A stretch of DNA of 64,000 nucleotides, from assembly GCA_043228905.1 (NCBI GenBank), contig JBHGNT010000006.1, forward strand, positions 12,462,001 through 12,526,000, in the 5' to 3' direction. Below, piece by piece: positions 35,505 to 49,237 of the stretch. Source of the stretch: Azolla caroliniana. Taxonomy: Eukaryota > Plantae > Polypodiophyta. Every line of letters starts with the position of its first letter. Positions within the stretch are counted from its first letter, which is position 1. Position numbers and translations under genes: made by a program. The notes beneath the pieces were generated by a model. That model did not search any database, had not been told where the DNA came from, and saw only the letters and a program-made list of their open reading frames with translations.

Positions 35505-38500
35505 TGTTGTTCTCTGACCGGACAAGGCCTAACACAAGGTGTCGCGGAGACACTTCACCAAAGGGTGATTACGGCATAGGATTATGACTCAACGATTACA
35601 CCGACTTACGTAGGTTACACGATTAGAGCGCTTTTTGTTAATTACACGCGTAAGATATAACAGTAATTACAGAACGGAAATCAACACAGAAGTATAAACA
35701 CCATACGCTCTATTAATTATTCGCTCCGATTACAATGGGCTCCGGGCCTTTAAATAGGTTTCCGGTTCGTAGTACAAAACGGTGCCTATCGCACCTATTC
35801 GGGATCCGTCCGGATCTGGAACGGCATACCGTTTCCAGTCCGTCCGTCCATACTATGCTTATTTACAACCATACTTAATTAATTCCTTCACTCCGTATTT
35901 TGGACTTCTTGCCGGCCGGTAACACATGGCACGCCCGTGGGACAATACCTTGTACGTCGAACCCTTCTCGGCCCCTTCATTGTTCACCCAAATTGTCCAA
36001 AATACTTTGTTCCAGAGTTTCCAATTGTTCTTCCGGTTGTGGTTGTTGCGGCTGTGCTTGCTGCTGCTGCTGTGGTTGCGGTTGGGACTGAGACTGCTCC
36101 GGCTGCTCTATAGGCGGCTGCTCCGTTTGTTTCTCTGACTCCGGCATCCCCGTTTGACTGCTTCCGGTCCGGTCTCCTTCCAGTAACGGTTCCTCATCAC
36201 TGAGGTTGACCGTTACTGGTTCTCGTGCTTTCTCTTCCCGGATCCGGGACCTCTCGTAGCTTTCAAACTGGATCTGCGCCTCCAGCCTGTCGTCGTCCAG
36301 CTGAGCTACAAGTTGCCGGACTTGCCCTAGTTGGTCCTCTGCCAAGGCTTGAAAGTCTTCAGCCAGCTCATCTCTTATGCCGGTGAAGTCTTCGGAAGTC
36401 AGCATATAGCAATCATCTCCCTCCTTCCGCCGGTTCTCTACGTCGGCCCGGAGCAACTGGAGTTCCGCCGCGTTCGGGGCCCACTTGGTCCACCATTTGA
36501 CGGAACCGTTGTCAATCAAGCTCTTGGTCTGGTTCAACTAGGCCCGCATGATATCCTGGATGCGACTTGCTCCCATTTGCGCTCTACTTTCCACAACTTG
36601 TCGTTCCTCCTTCAACTGCTTGATGAGATTAGCCGTATCCTCCGCCTGCTCTCTGTAGCGCGTCAACTGCCCTTGATATGTTGTCTGCAGCCTCTGCAGT
36701 ACCTCCGCCGCTCTTTCTCTTTCCGCCTGCTGTTGCTTGAGGAGCTCTGTCCGAACCTTCTCCGCCTCTTCCAACCGTCTTCTGGTTTCCGCTTGTTCAT
36801 TAGCGTATGCCGTTGCGGTCCGATCAACTGCTTGCCGGAGCTCATCCGTCCGTTCCTTGTGCTCCGTTTGCAACCGTTTATACTCCTGGTGCAAGTGCTC
36901 AAATTCCTCCGTTTTTTGTTTGAGCTTGCCGTTGATCTGGCGATGGTTCCGGTCCTCCCGGTCCTTTAGCTGCCGGAGTTCCTCTTTCAGGCGCTCTACT
37001 TCTGTTTCGGCGTTTCTCCGGAGCTTGTCCTTCTCTTGCAGCATTTTCTCCTTTTCCTCCTTGAGCCGGTCGTACGCTTGGTGGCCTTTTCGTAAGCTCT
37101 CCTCGGCCCGGCGTAGATTCTCAGCAGTCTTTTTGAGTTCTGCCTCCGCTGCCGTCCTCAACTCTCTTTCGCGGCTCCTCAGCGCTTCTTGGGCAGCTAG
37201 CTCATCCTTTAAGTCCGCAAGCTCTTGGGCTTGTGCCGCATTTATCTCCGGAACGGTTTCCGTTGCCGGGGTCTGATTGCCATGTACAGGTTGATCTGAC
37301 GCTTTATTCTGTACATTGCCCGGAGTCACCGGTGCTTGGACTTGTGTTGTCAAAGCCAATTGAGCCATTTCCCTTGTGACCCTGTCCAAGTCTTGTTCAA
37401 GGCTCCGGATTCTGGACCGGGCCGTCTCTAGATCTACGGTTGTGACGAGCAACCGTTCGTGGTGCGCTCTCTCCTCCGCCTCTATGTACTCGACCGCTCC
37501 GGCGATCTGCTCGCCTACCCACCGTAGCCACATGCTACTGGTGCCTTGCTGCTGTACTGGTCGGGTCGGCTCGTTCACTGTGGAATTGTCTGGCCTGAGT
37601 GCCTGTATCTGCCGTTCTGGTTCTACTCCTTGGCCGATGTGTGTGCTGGTTGGGCTCGCCGGCTGTTGAGTTCCGGTTCTCGCCGTCTCCAGAGCCGTTG
37701 GAATGACTTCTTGTATAGAAGTCGACAAGGCCGGTTCTATACGCACCGGTTCCGGTTCCTCCCTTGTGGTTTGCTCAGGTTGAGTTGGGGGCGTTTCTTC
37801 CTCTTGCGGGTACGAACGCTCCCCCGCTGTCCCGGCGGTCCTACTTCTTGACCGTCGTTGGAGGTGCTCTACTGGCTCCTCCGTTTCCTCTTCCTGGGTA
37901 ACGGCATGTATCTGTGCCGTCAAGGGTTCCGGTTCCTTCTCTCCCGGTCGCCGTATGGTTATCTTAACGGGTCGGACCGGTGACACCTCCTCTGGTTCTG
38001 GGAGCCGTTTCTTCCCTTTCGTTGCCTTCGACGCCAGCAGCTGCTGTCGTTTGGACGCGGGTTTCGAGGTGCTTCCTTCCGATAATCTTGGCCGCTTCTT
38101 TGGCTGGACGGTCTCGACCGGCGGCGCGAGCAATGTTATCCACTGAGCTACGGCATGCCACAGCTTCCGGCCCTCCTTGCCGTCCTTTCCTCGTACCGTG
38201 TCGATTGCCGCGCACAAACCGTCTGCAATCAACACCGGCCAATCCACCTTGATCCCTTCATAGGTGGCTATGATCATCCCTGCCCGATTTTTTGGCATGA
38301 CAGGGGGTCGGGGGTACACGTGGCCGTACTCATGGAGCACTCGAGCTATCTCCCTGAATAGCGGATCTTCGCCGCCCTGCGTTCGATAGCCTTTGCCGGC
38401 TAGAGAGTACTCACCGAAATATCGGATGAGTTGCTCCGAGGTTGTGTTATCGATCTGAAAAATACCTCCCTCCGGAAGGCTTGTTAGCGCACGGATCGCT

Positions 38501-41500
38501 TCCTCGGTGATGACTTCTGTGTCGAGCTCCTTGATGACCCGGTCGGCTTCTTTGTGCGGTGGTGCCTCCATGATGGTCAAGAACCCATCCAGTCCGTGTT
38601 GCCTGAGCCATTTCCTGGCCACTTCCGACAGCGTTTGTGGGTCCATGTTTGCTTCGAGGTCGAGGAAAGATGGCGAGGTAGAGTGGTGATGAGAGTGAGA
38701 GCGAGAGAGAGAGAGTTCCGAACGTGGGGGTTCTCTGAGTGCAGGTTCGCGTTTGCTAAGCTTCCACCGGCTTGGTGCTTCTGTGCTTCTTGGCTCGCGA
38801 AATGAAAAGGTCCCCATGCGTTCTGCTTTTTCTCTGTGCGTCTTGGCGCCGTTTTCCTTACGGGTTGCCGTGTCTTCCTTCGCCTCTGCTATGGGTTCCC
38901 CGTTGTCTTTTTCTTCCATCCGTACCGTTCCCGGTATAGTGCCGGTGGGCTGCATAAACAGGTTATTTGGCATCGGTCCTTTATAGGGCTTTAGTCTAAA
39001 TCCGTTGACCCACTTGCCTAGCACTTCACCGACAAGTGTCCCTAACTGATAGGACCCGTTGTATTCCCGTGTCAGCCAATACGGGCCTGTCCATCTAAAC
39101 CGGAGTTTACCCGGCATCTTGCCCATCCTCGTTTGGAATACTAGCACCGGCTTTCCGATTTCGAACATCTTTTCATTACCTTTCCGGTGACGGTCAACGA
39201 ACGCTTTCCGTCGTCGTTGCTCCAGTTCCATGTGTAGGATGCTGGCCAGCCGTTGCTCCTCCAGTTCGCATAGTGCTGCTAGCCGCATTTCCTCCGACTC
39301 CTTTTCATTCAGCCGTTCCCGTAGTTGGATCCGTAAGCTTGGTACCTGAAATTCTACCGGCATGACCGCCTCTAAGCCGAACGCTAACCGGAACGACGTT
39401 GTCCGGATACTTGTTTTGTATGCCATTCGGTACGCCCATAGCGCGCTATGGAGCTTTGTATCCCAGTCCGTCCGGTTTTCATTGACGATTTTGCGGAGAA
39501 TGTTCTGGAGCGTTTTGTTGGTTGACTCTGCTAACCCGTTTGCTTGTGGGTAGTATGGTGTGCTCCGTTTATGGACCACGGCATAGAACGTTGTTAAGCT
39601 TTCAACTACCTGGCCGAGGAAGTGCCCTCCTTGGTCGCTGATTAATTCAATCGGACATCCATATCGGCACCAAATGTTTTCGTATAGGAATTTTGCTGTG
39701 GATGACGCGGTGTTGTCTCTCAAGGCCTTAGCCTCCACCCATTTAGTGCAATAATCTGTTGCCACGATGACATAACGATTACCCGTTCTCATTGCCGGTG
39801 GCTTGAACGGTCCGACAAAATCCAACCCCCACTTCTGGAATGGCTCTAGTGGAAGTACCAGTTGGTGTGGCATCCGTGCTTGCTCCGTAGGCTGGCCCAT
39901 TCGTTGGCATAGGTCACATTCCTTAGCATACTTGACGGCGTCTTTTAACGTCGTGGGCCACCATAAGCCGCTCTGCCATACTTTCCTTGCCGTCGCTTCC
40001 CCGGTATAGTGTCCTCCGGCAACCCCACAGTGTGCTTCCCGTAAGATTACTTGTTTCTCGTCACTACGGACTGCCCGTCTCCATATTCCATCTGCTCCCT
40101 TGTGGTAGAGAGTGCCCCGTAACAGACAGAAATTGCGGCTCTGCACCGCCAGTCGTTTCCTCTCGTCCCGGTTCATTTCCTCCGGTGGCAGGCCCGTGCT
40201 TAGGAACTGGTGCATGTTTGTCAGCCACCTATCTTCTGATGCCACCGTGTCGTCCTCTGCCGTTTCCGGGGTGATACGGAATAACTCTGCGTCCGGGAAT
40301 TCATCCGATACTCCGTCGCCTGATTCTCCGGACTCTAACCGGCTCAGGTAGTCTGCTACGACATGCTGGATACCGGGCCGGTGGAAGATCTCGAATTCGA
40401 ACTCCTGCAACAGCAAGGTCCAACGGGCCAACTTACCGGTTAGGGACGCCTTGGACACTAAGTACAGGAGCGCCGAGTGATCCACATGAAAGGAGAACTT
40501 CCTTCCCAATAGGTAATGACGAAACTTTGTTACACTGTAGATCATGCCCAGGGCCTCCCGTTCCGTCGTCGAATAGTTCTTCTCCGCTTGGGACAGCTTC
40601 CGGCTGGCGTAATATACCGGCCGGTACCATTTAGGCTCCGTAAGTTGCATTAAGGCGCTGCCGATAGCGATGTCGGAAGCGTCAACGAACACATGAAATT
40701 CCTTGCTCCAATCCGGAGGCTGCACGACGGGTGCTTGCGACAAAAGTACCTTCAGGGCATTGTATGCCTTATCCTCCGTATCCAACCATTGGAACGGTGT
40801 CCGATGTACCGCGGTGTGTAATGGTGTAGCCAAGTCAGCCAAGTGACGGAGCATCCGGCTGTGCCACCGGATCTGTCCTAAGAATCGGCTTAGTGCTTTG
40901 GCCGTTTTCGGCGCCGGTGCCCCTAGTATCGCGTTTACTTTGTCCGGGTCGACCGCAATGCCCTCCTTACTTACAATGTGTCCCAGTAATATTCCACTTG
41001 AAACCCCAAAGATGCATTTTGCTGGGTTTAAGCTTAGCCGGTATAACCTACACTTTTCAAGGCATAACCGTAGGTGCTACAAATGGTCTTTTTCCCGGCT
41101 ATAGACTGCAAAGTCATCCAGGAAAACCTGCATGAAGGCTGGAATGTATTCGCCGAAGATCTCCATGATGATACGCTGGAAAGTTGCTGGTGCCGTTTTT
41201 AGTCCGAACATCATTACTACGGCCACAAACACCCCCCATTCGGTGACGAACGCTGTCTTCTCCTGGTCGTCAGGGTGCATCCGGATTTGATTGTATCCGC
41301 TGAACCCGTCTAAAAAGCTATAAACTTCATGGCCGGCGACGGCATCCAGTACTCCATCCGTGAACGGAAGAGGGAATGCATCCGTAATTGTGGCGGCATT
41401 TAGTTTCCTGTAATCAACACACACACGGATTTTACCGTTCTTCTTGGGGACGACGACGATGGGGCTCAGCCACGTCGCTTTCTTTACCGGCCGGATGAAG

Positions 41501-44500
41501 CCCACTCTTAGGAGTTTGTCGATTTCCTCCTTCACTTTGGCGGCGTAGTTGGGGTTCATTCGGTAACGTCTTTGCGCCACTGGTTTCGCGTCCTTGCCTA
41601 AGTGGATCTGATGCTGATATAATTGAGGGTCCAGCCCTCGCATGTCTTCGTATGACCAGGCGAATACGTCGCGAAACTCCGTGAGAAGTTTGATCATCGC
41701 CGCTTTATCTTCCAGCTTCATTTCTTTGGCGATGTGTACCGGCTTTGATTCGTCCTTGCTTCCTAGGTTCACTTCGTCGAGCTGGGATGTTTTTACCCGT
41801 TGGGAAACGGCCATTTCCCGTTCCAACGCTTCCTGTGCTTGCCGTAATTCCCGAATCGAATCTTTGTCTGGTTCGGCTTCGGTTTCGTCCCGCTGCGGCA
41901 AGTATGGCGCTACGGCTTCAGCTACGTCAATCTCGAAGAGTGGTACGATCTTCGGGTGTTCCTCCAAGTACTGGGCTTCTTCGTCGTCTGCCAACCCTTC
42001 AAGCATGTTCACGCATTCCGCATACAGCGGTGTGCATTCCTTACCGTTGCTCGTCCGTGGTTGTGTCGGTACCCGGACCTTGGCTTTTCCGCGCCGGAAG
42101 GTAATCATATTTTTCCGCCAATTTTGCTTGATGTGTGCTGTTTTCAACCATGGTCTGCCCAGCAACAGTGGGTACGCGCCTTGCGCCTGTAGCTGCAGCA
42201 CTACAGCCGAGATGTGAAATGTGTGACCTCCTATGGTGACCTCCAATTTCCGTATTAAGCCCGTCAGCCGTACAGAGCTCGTATCCGCCATCCGTAGCCT
42301 GAACGGACATGGCTCCCATTCATGTATACCCAAGGCATCACACGTGCGGAGGCTTATTACGTTCACCCCGGAACCTCCATCGATTACTGTGCCGGGAAGT
42401 TCGTGCCCTTTGACAATAGCTGTAATCACCGGACTACTAGTGTCCACCACCGTCGGTCCCTCCTCCGGATTCGAGAAGAGGACTGGTGCCGGTGGGGCTA
42501 TACCATCTGTCATGACCGTTTTTAGTCCTTCCGTAAATCGCGGCACGAGCTGCAAGAGTCTTCCTAATGGCAACGTGATCTGACATTCTTGCAGTGCTTG
42601 CCATGTCTCGTTTTCTGCGTGGCTACCGCCGGCACTCCCTATGGTATTCGCCTTTTGCCGTTTCGCGTCCGCGACGTTCCTTTCATTGGCTTCCTTCACC
42701 CATTCCGTCGCATGTTTTCGTATGGCCTCTTGTGTTTCCCACTCTTTGGCCATGCCTTTCGACCGTGTGGTTACTTGCTGTACATCCGCCACTTCCGGAA
42801 CCACCATATTAACTGCTGGTCGTTTATCGTAGCTCTTTGCCGGGCACTGGTTACTGTAGTGGCCTTCCTGCCTGCAGTAGTAGCAGTACTCTTTACGGAT
42901 ATTGCTGGATTCAGCATTGCTGGTAGCCGGAGTCGGTCCCGTAGTGAGTGGTGCGTTCTGTGCCGGTTGGCTCCTTGGGGTTCCATGTTCCGGGTCCCTA
43001 GGGTGACCACCTTTCTTGAAATTACGTTTCTTATTATTCTTATTTTTATTTCGGTAGTCCTGTCGTGGTGGATCGTAAAATCGGCCGTAGTCCTCCTGGT
43101 GCCTTCGGTAACCAGGGGAATGGTCTCTGTCGTATTGCTCGTGTCATCTGTTGGACTCCCGATAATGGTCCGATCGCTCATACCGGTCGTAGTTATCATG
43201 CCGATCCCCGTACCGGCCATCATTCTCTTGTCTGTCTCCGTACCGGACATCCTGTGCCGGTCGGTACCGGTTCATTCTTTGCCAACGATCTTCATCTTCG
43301 TCTCGGCTGCTTCTTGGCTCGATCCGTCGGACGGGTGGTGCTTGTCGGTTTAACAGGTTATACTCGCACCGGTCCGTTGTATGACTCTTGGATTGACAAA
43401 TCACACACTGGGTTCGCATGGTGCACTCCACTGCCGAGTGTCCGGCATTCAAGCAGATTGTGCATTGAATTGTCTGCCGGAACCGGAGATCTTCATCGGT
43501 GGGTAACGCCCGTTGCAGTGCTCCCAGTGTAAGCCATGAGCTTGACTTTTCCATTTCTTTGACCCGGTCAATGACCTGGTCAATGGTGCTTCCTCGAAAG
43601 TCGATCACCGTACACACCGTGCGTAACGGTTCCCGGAGTGCGTTTAAAAATATCGTCCGTAATTCCTCCTCCGGGGGTGCACGGGCAAGCTGGCTATGCA
43701 TTCGTTGGAAACGGATGACGAATTGGGGAATGCTTTCCCCTGCCTCCTGTCGGATCGTATAAAACAAGCCCACCATTGTCGTCTGGTCGACCTCCTTGTG
43801 GAAAAAATGCAAGAATTTTGCTTTTAATTCTGCAAAGGTTGTGATGGTCGCCGGGTCCTGCGTCCGCCGCCATCGTGCCGCTGGTCCTTCCAACGTGACC
43901 CCGAATTCCGCTATCTTCGAGCGTTCTTCTTCCTTCGGTGTCAGTCGCTGGGACGCGTGATTTGCTTCCCATGTCTGCTCGAAGGCATGAACATGCGCTT
44001 CCGCGTCTGGATCATCGCGATACTTTGAGTATTGGAACGGCATGTCGTCGTCCAGTATTAGGCCGCGGTTTAGTGGCGTTTGTTGATATCTTTCCGGTTT
44101 TCTCTCCGGTTCCACTTCCGGTTCTTTTGCCGGTGCTTTTTCCGGTTCCTCTTCCGGTTCTTTTTCCGGTTCCTTCACCGGCTCTTCTTCCGGTACCTTC
44201 GCCAGCTCTTTCGTTGGTGTCGGTGGCTTTGCTTCTTCCACTTCCGGTGTTGGTGGGTTGACGGCTTCCGTTTGCGGTTCCGGATAGCCCTGGTCGAACG
44301 GTTCCGGTTCTAGAGTCGGCACGGTATCCGACCCGTCGTCCTCCGGGCCGCCGGGGGTATCGTTGATGCTCCGGTAGTTCGTGTGCACGCTGTATCCCCC
44401 TTCGGAATCCGATTCGTAGGCTGAAAAGGCTTCTGCCTCGTTTTCTCCGCTTGCCAGCGCCTCGAGGAGGCGTTCGGTTTCCCGGAGACTACTTAGACCG

Positions 44501-45161
44501 CTTCCGTCCTCCTGGTCGCGAGTTTGTTGTAACCGAAGAGATTCCTCCGCGACTCTCCAGATCTCGTTGGAGAACGAACGATCCGAGCGAATTTCGTGCG
44601 CTGCTTGCTGGAAAGTCTCACGTCGTCTTTGCCGTTCGGCGAGGCGTCGAGCTCGGTCTGTAACCAGGTCGTGCGTTGGTCTCGTCATCCATTAAGCCGT
44701 CGTTCGCTGCGAGAAAGCAGGAATCGTGGTCGCCAAAACTGTGTTGTTCTCTGACCGGACAAGGCCTAACACAAGGTGTCGCGGAGACACTTCACCAAAG
44801 GGTGATTACGGCATAGGATTATGACTCAACGATTACACCGACTTACGTAGGTTACACGATTAGAGCGCTTTTTGTTAATTACACGCGTAAGATATAACAA
44901 TAATTACAGAACGGAAATCAACACAGAAGTATAAACACCATACGCTCTATTAATTATCCGCTCCGATTACAATGGGCTCCGGGCCTTTAAATAGGTTTCC
45001 GGTCCGTAGTACAAAACGGTGCCTATCGCACCTATTCGGGATCCGTCCGGATCTGGAACGGCATACCGTTTCCAGTCCGTCCGTCCATACTATGCTTATT
45101 TACAACCATACTTAATTAATTCCTTCACTCCGTATTTTGGACTTCTTGCCGGCCGGTAACA
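35505..45161 (-). mobile_element. Full-length non-chromovirus Ty3/gypsy element with extra 3' ORF
   Basis: 420-bp LTRs 35505-35924 and 44742-45161 (about 3 differences seen). TSD CTCTC. PBS-like TGGCGACCAC. Order gag-PR(IDGGSGVN)-RT(FLDGFSGYNQI, FLDDF)-RH(VDASD)-IN(WGLDF, SDQG, NGLAE). Confidence 0.95.
35977..44688 (-). pseudogene. Single-frame gag-pol plus coiled-coil extension (2904 codons, 3 internal stops)
   Basis: ORFs 43144-44688, 41077-42807, 36538-40854 and 35977-36537 share one frame. Manually translated gaps are stop-free. Stops are TGA 43144, TAG 41077 and TAG 36538. Confidence 0.85.
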
Positions 45162-46185
45162 CTCTCCTCCTCATAAAGGCGTATACGTATTCTTGCGTGT
45201 GTTTGTGACTTCCTTGTACGTTCGGTCGTCCTATGAAGAGGGAGCGTTTCGGGCGTGCCCATGCACCTCTCCTCGTCATAAAGGCGTACGAGCAGTTTAT
45301 GTGTGTGTTTGTGTCTTCCTTGTACGTTCGGTCGTCTTGTGACAAGGGAGCATTTCGGGTGTGCCCATGCACCTCTCCTCCTCATAAAGACGTACGAGCA
45401 TTTGTGTGTGTGTTTGTGTCTTCCTTGTACGTTCGACCGTCTTGTGATGAGGGAGCGTTTCGGGCGTGCCCATGCACCTCTCCACCTCATAAAGGCATGC
45501 GAGCATTTTGTGAGTGTGTTTGTGTCTTCCTTGTACGTTCTACCATCTTGTGACGAGGGAGCGTTTCAGGCGTGCCCATGCACCTCTCCTCCTCATAAAG
45601 GCGTACGAGCATTTTGTGCATGTGTTTGTGTCTTCCTTGTATGTTCGGCCGTCTTGTGACGAGGGAGCGTTTCGAGCGTGCCCATACACCTCTCCTCCTC
45701 ATAAAGACGTACGAGCATTTGTGCGTGAGTTTGTGTATTCCTTGTATGTTCAGTCGTCTTGTGACGAGGGAGCGTTCGGGCTTGCCCATGCACCTCTCCT
45801 CCTCATAAAGGCGTACGAGCATTTGTGCGTGTGTTTTGTGTCTTCCTCGTATGTTCAACGTCTTGTGACAAGGGAGCGCTCGGGCATGCCCATGCACCTC
45901 TCCTCCTCATAAAGATGTACGGGCATTCATGTTTGTGTTATCATCCCCTTGTGCGTTCATCGTGCGTGCTCCTCTTTGCTCGTACCTGTTTGAGCACTGG
46001 CTCGTGCGTGATCAACGAAAGCTACCGGCTTCACAAAAGAGGCAATGAGCCCTTGCTTGGGAAGGGGTCGGGAAGTAGTATTGTCGTAAAGCAAACCTCG
46101 GGTCTTCTCTATCCCTTTAGTACTCCCTAGTCCAACACCCCCGTGGTCCCGCCCAAGTAACACACATGCGCGAAACATCGTGACA

Positions 46186-49100
46186 CCGGATACCTACCCG
46201 GTTCTCCGTTCCGGATACCGATCCGGCTTTGGCTTATTCAGTAGATCCGGATCCGATTGAGCTTGTATGCTCAACACTGCCCCTCAATCTTAACTTGAGG
46301 TCGGATCACAATGTCCGTGTCTGCGGTAGCTGGTCCTCTCCTCCGGCTCTTCCTGGCATCCTCCAGCTCTTCCTGGCGTCCTCCCGCCTAGCTCGTGCTT
46401 CTCGTCCGATTCAGTTCCACTTTCCACGTCCCATCTGGTTCTGCACCTCCCAACCTTCTCGGTTGGCTTGTCTCCTTAGAAGGCCCATCTCAGCTCCTTT
46501 GCTGTTGCGACTCCGGCGCATCTCGACCCGTTGGTTCCTCCATATCGGTGTCTTCTTCTGCTGCCCTTTCATCTGCTTGACCAATCATAGATTCAGGTCC
46601 TCCGAATCAAACATCTCAAATGAATCGAGTGACCCCAATTCACTTATGCTCTCTACTGAATTGGCAATCTTCGATTCCCAAACCTTTCACGACATCAGCC
46701 CACATCCGTGTCTCGGTCTTTCTAACTTTGCCTCCCCCTTTTTCGGTTGGCTTGGGCTTGGGCTTTCTGTTCCAGTGGCTCCCCTTACGTCCCGTTTTGG
46801 CTTCTATGTTGTCCCATGCAGTCTGACTTCTTTAGTCGGGCTGAAGTCGAAATCAGTTTCCGACTCGGCTTTGCAATCATCTTTCTCATTCTACCTTTCA
46901 TTCCTCCACCTCAAGTTTGGCATATCAAGGTACTGCACACCCAGCACACTAGTAAATTGTCGCAACTTGTCTAAGCCTAGGGGTTTGGTGAAGATATCGG
47001 CAACCTGCTGATCCGTCGAAACATGCAACAGTTCCACTTTACCGGAGAGAACGTGCTCTCAGAAAAAATGATAGTGCAACTCGATGTGCTTTGTTTGGGC
47101 GTGGAAGCCGGGGTTCTTTGCCAACTGGATGCTATTGAGGTTGTTGTAGTAGATCTTCATCGGATTAGTCACCTCCACTCGCAAATCCTTCATGCGCATT
47201 TTTAGCCATATGACTTCGCACATTGCGAAAGCTGCTCCTTGGTACTTAGCCTTGGTGCTCGATAGTGCTACTATCGGATGCTTCTTACTGCTCCAGGCGA
47301 TCACGACACTCCCAAGTGAAAACGCATATCCGGATGTAGACCTACGACCGCCGACATTTCTAGCCCAATCGACATCCGTGTAGCCGACAAGTTGTTCGGC
47401 TACACCGGTCCAATACAACAACCCCCTGTCCGTAGTGCCGTTGACATACCTCACACTGACGGTGCTCCATAATCGGCTTCTGCATGAATTGACGTATCGC
47501 TCTAATTGGATAGCTAATATCGGGTCCAATGATCGTCAAATAAATAAGGCTTCCGACAATTTGTCAGAACCGTTTCTCATCGCAGGCCGGTCCAGAGTTG
47601 GGACGAAGCTTTAGGTTCCGGTCTAGGGGAGTCAAGACGGATTTGCATTCCGTCATATCGAATTTGAAGAGCATACTCAACATGTAGTGGCATTGACTGA
47701 TTAGTATGCTTTCCGGGTTGCGGATCACTTCAATCCCGAGGAAGTAATGAAGGTCACTGAGATCTTTCATTTCGAATGATGTCATGAGTTCGGACTTGAC
47801 GTGGTCGATTTCGTCCAGGTGACAAAATCATCAACATAAAGTAAAATACTAACCAACCTGTCCCGACCTTGTTGGATAAAAAGTGAAGAGTCTGATTTTG
47901 ACGGAGTAAACCTCATCCGACGCAGTCTCTGCGTGATCTTCGCATTCTAGGCACACGGGGCGTGAGTCCGTAGAGGGAATTCTTCAATCCGCACACCACA
48001 ATGTATTCACTCTAGAATGGAATCTGGGGGGCTGAACCATATACACTTGCTCCTAAAGATCACCTTGCAAGAACGTGTTCTTTACATCCATTTGATGTAG
48101 GAATGCCACCCCTTAACCACTACCACCACAACCAGGACACAACTGATCGTCATCTTCGTGACTGGCGCGAACGTCTCATCATAATCGATGTCGTGTTGTT
48201 GCCCTTGGCTACTAACTAGACCTTGTACCTGTTGACGGATCCGTCAGTGTTGTATTTATCCTTGTATACCCATCAACAATTGATCGGCTTCACTTCTTTC
48301 TGTACTTCCACTAAATCCCACATCTCGTTTTTCGTCAGTGTGTGCATCTCTTCCTCCATGGCAGCACGCCAATTTGCGTCCTTCGCCGCTTCTGTGTATC
48401 TCTCTGGCTCACACACTGCTGCCACCTTCACCATGTACGCATAATGATGGGCCATATATTTGTTATACCCCTACCTCTTAACGGGGTTCTTCTAGCGGGT
48501 GGATCAACACAACTCCCGATTCACCAACTTCATGGCCTTCTTGGCTGACTCGAACTTCTCTTTCGAAGGTCCATCGTTGCTTTAGCCAATGTCGGATTCG
48601 CTCCGATCCGACTCGGCTCTGCCCGTGTCGTACTTCGACATCTTCTTCTTCCCCATTTCTTTGCATGTGAACCGTCTCCTCAGTTACTTACGTGGGGAGA
48701 GCACAACCAAGTCTTCGCTGCTCGCCGACTCATCATCTTGCCGGTCCTTTTGACTCTGTGCTTCATTCGGCCCGCTCAGCCGAAATGAAATCGGACTCTC
48801 ATCTAGAGTACCGAATCCTTCTTCATGTTCTGCCCGGATCATTTCGGGCTCCCTGCCCTCATCCTCCAGAATCGGGTCGGAGTCGGACATCAGAGTCGGT
48901 AAGCGTACCATGATGTTGACTCATCAAATTCGACATCTCGGCTCATTCGAACTTGTTATGTTCGTGGGTTATAGCACTTATAACCCTTTTGCTCATGTGA
49001 GTAGCCATCAAGGATATAATTCTCCGACTTCGGGTCCAGCTTTCTCCGATTCTCATCCGGCACAAGCACATATATGCAATGCTACCGAATATCTTAAGGT

Positions 49101-49236
49101 GCCTTAAATTCAGCTTCCACTCAAAATATAGCTCGTGTGATGACACCTTATCCCCGATCCGGTTTTGGATGTAGACGGCCATCTGGATCGCTTCGGCCCA
49201 ATAGAACTTGAGCATGCTCTTCTCTTCTCCGCTTCA
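46186..49236 (-). mobile_element. Decayed copia pol remnant (IN-RT-RNase H)
   Basis: YWAEAIQMAVYIQNR, FEMKDLSDLHYFLGIEV, RRSTSGYAF and FHAQTKHIELHYH; many stops. Confidence 0.85.
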
Positions 49237-49237
49237 T

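Larger units (their letters stand above)
35337..45930. repeat. ~116-119-bp tandem repeat (~8 copies) split by the gypsy insertion (35337-35504 and 45162-45930)
   Basis: Unit ccttgtacgttcggccgtcttgtgacgagggagcgtttcgggcgtgcccatgcacctctcctcctcataaaggcgtacgagc...; probably within a larger LTR-like sequence (31021-46185). Confidence 0.85.

Noticed and set aside
44722-44741. Gypsy PBS primed by the array-encoded tRNA-Lys
   Set aside because: The PBS reads TGGCGACCAC, whereas the array tRNA would require TGGCGCCGACC.
45112-45912. Several repetitive Cys/His-rich ORFs
   Set aside because: All frames are translations of the tandem repeat, and variable unit length breaks the frame.
45162-45930. Hammerhead ribozyme on the minus strand of the 117-bp repeat (…TTTATGAG…CGAAACG-loop-CGTC)
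   Set aside because: The core reads TTTATGA rather than CTGANGA (G5 missing), and no stem I pairing flanks the putative cleavage site.
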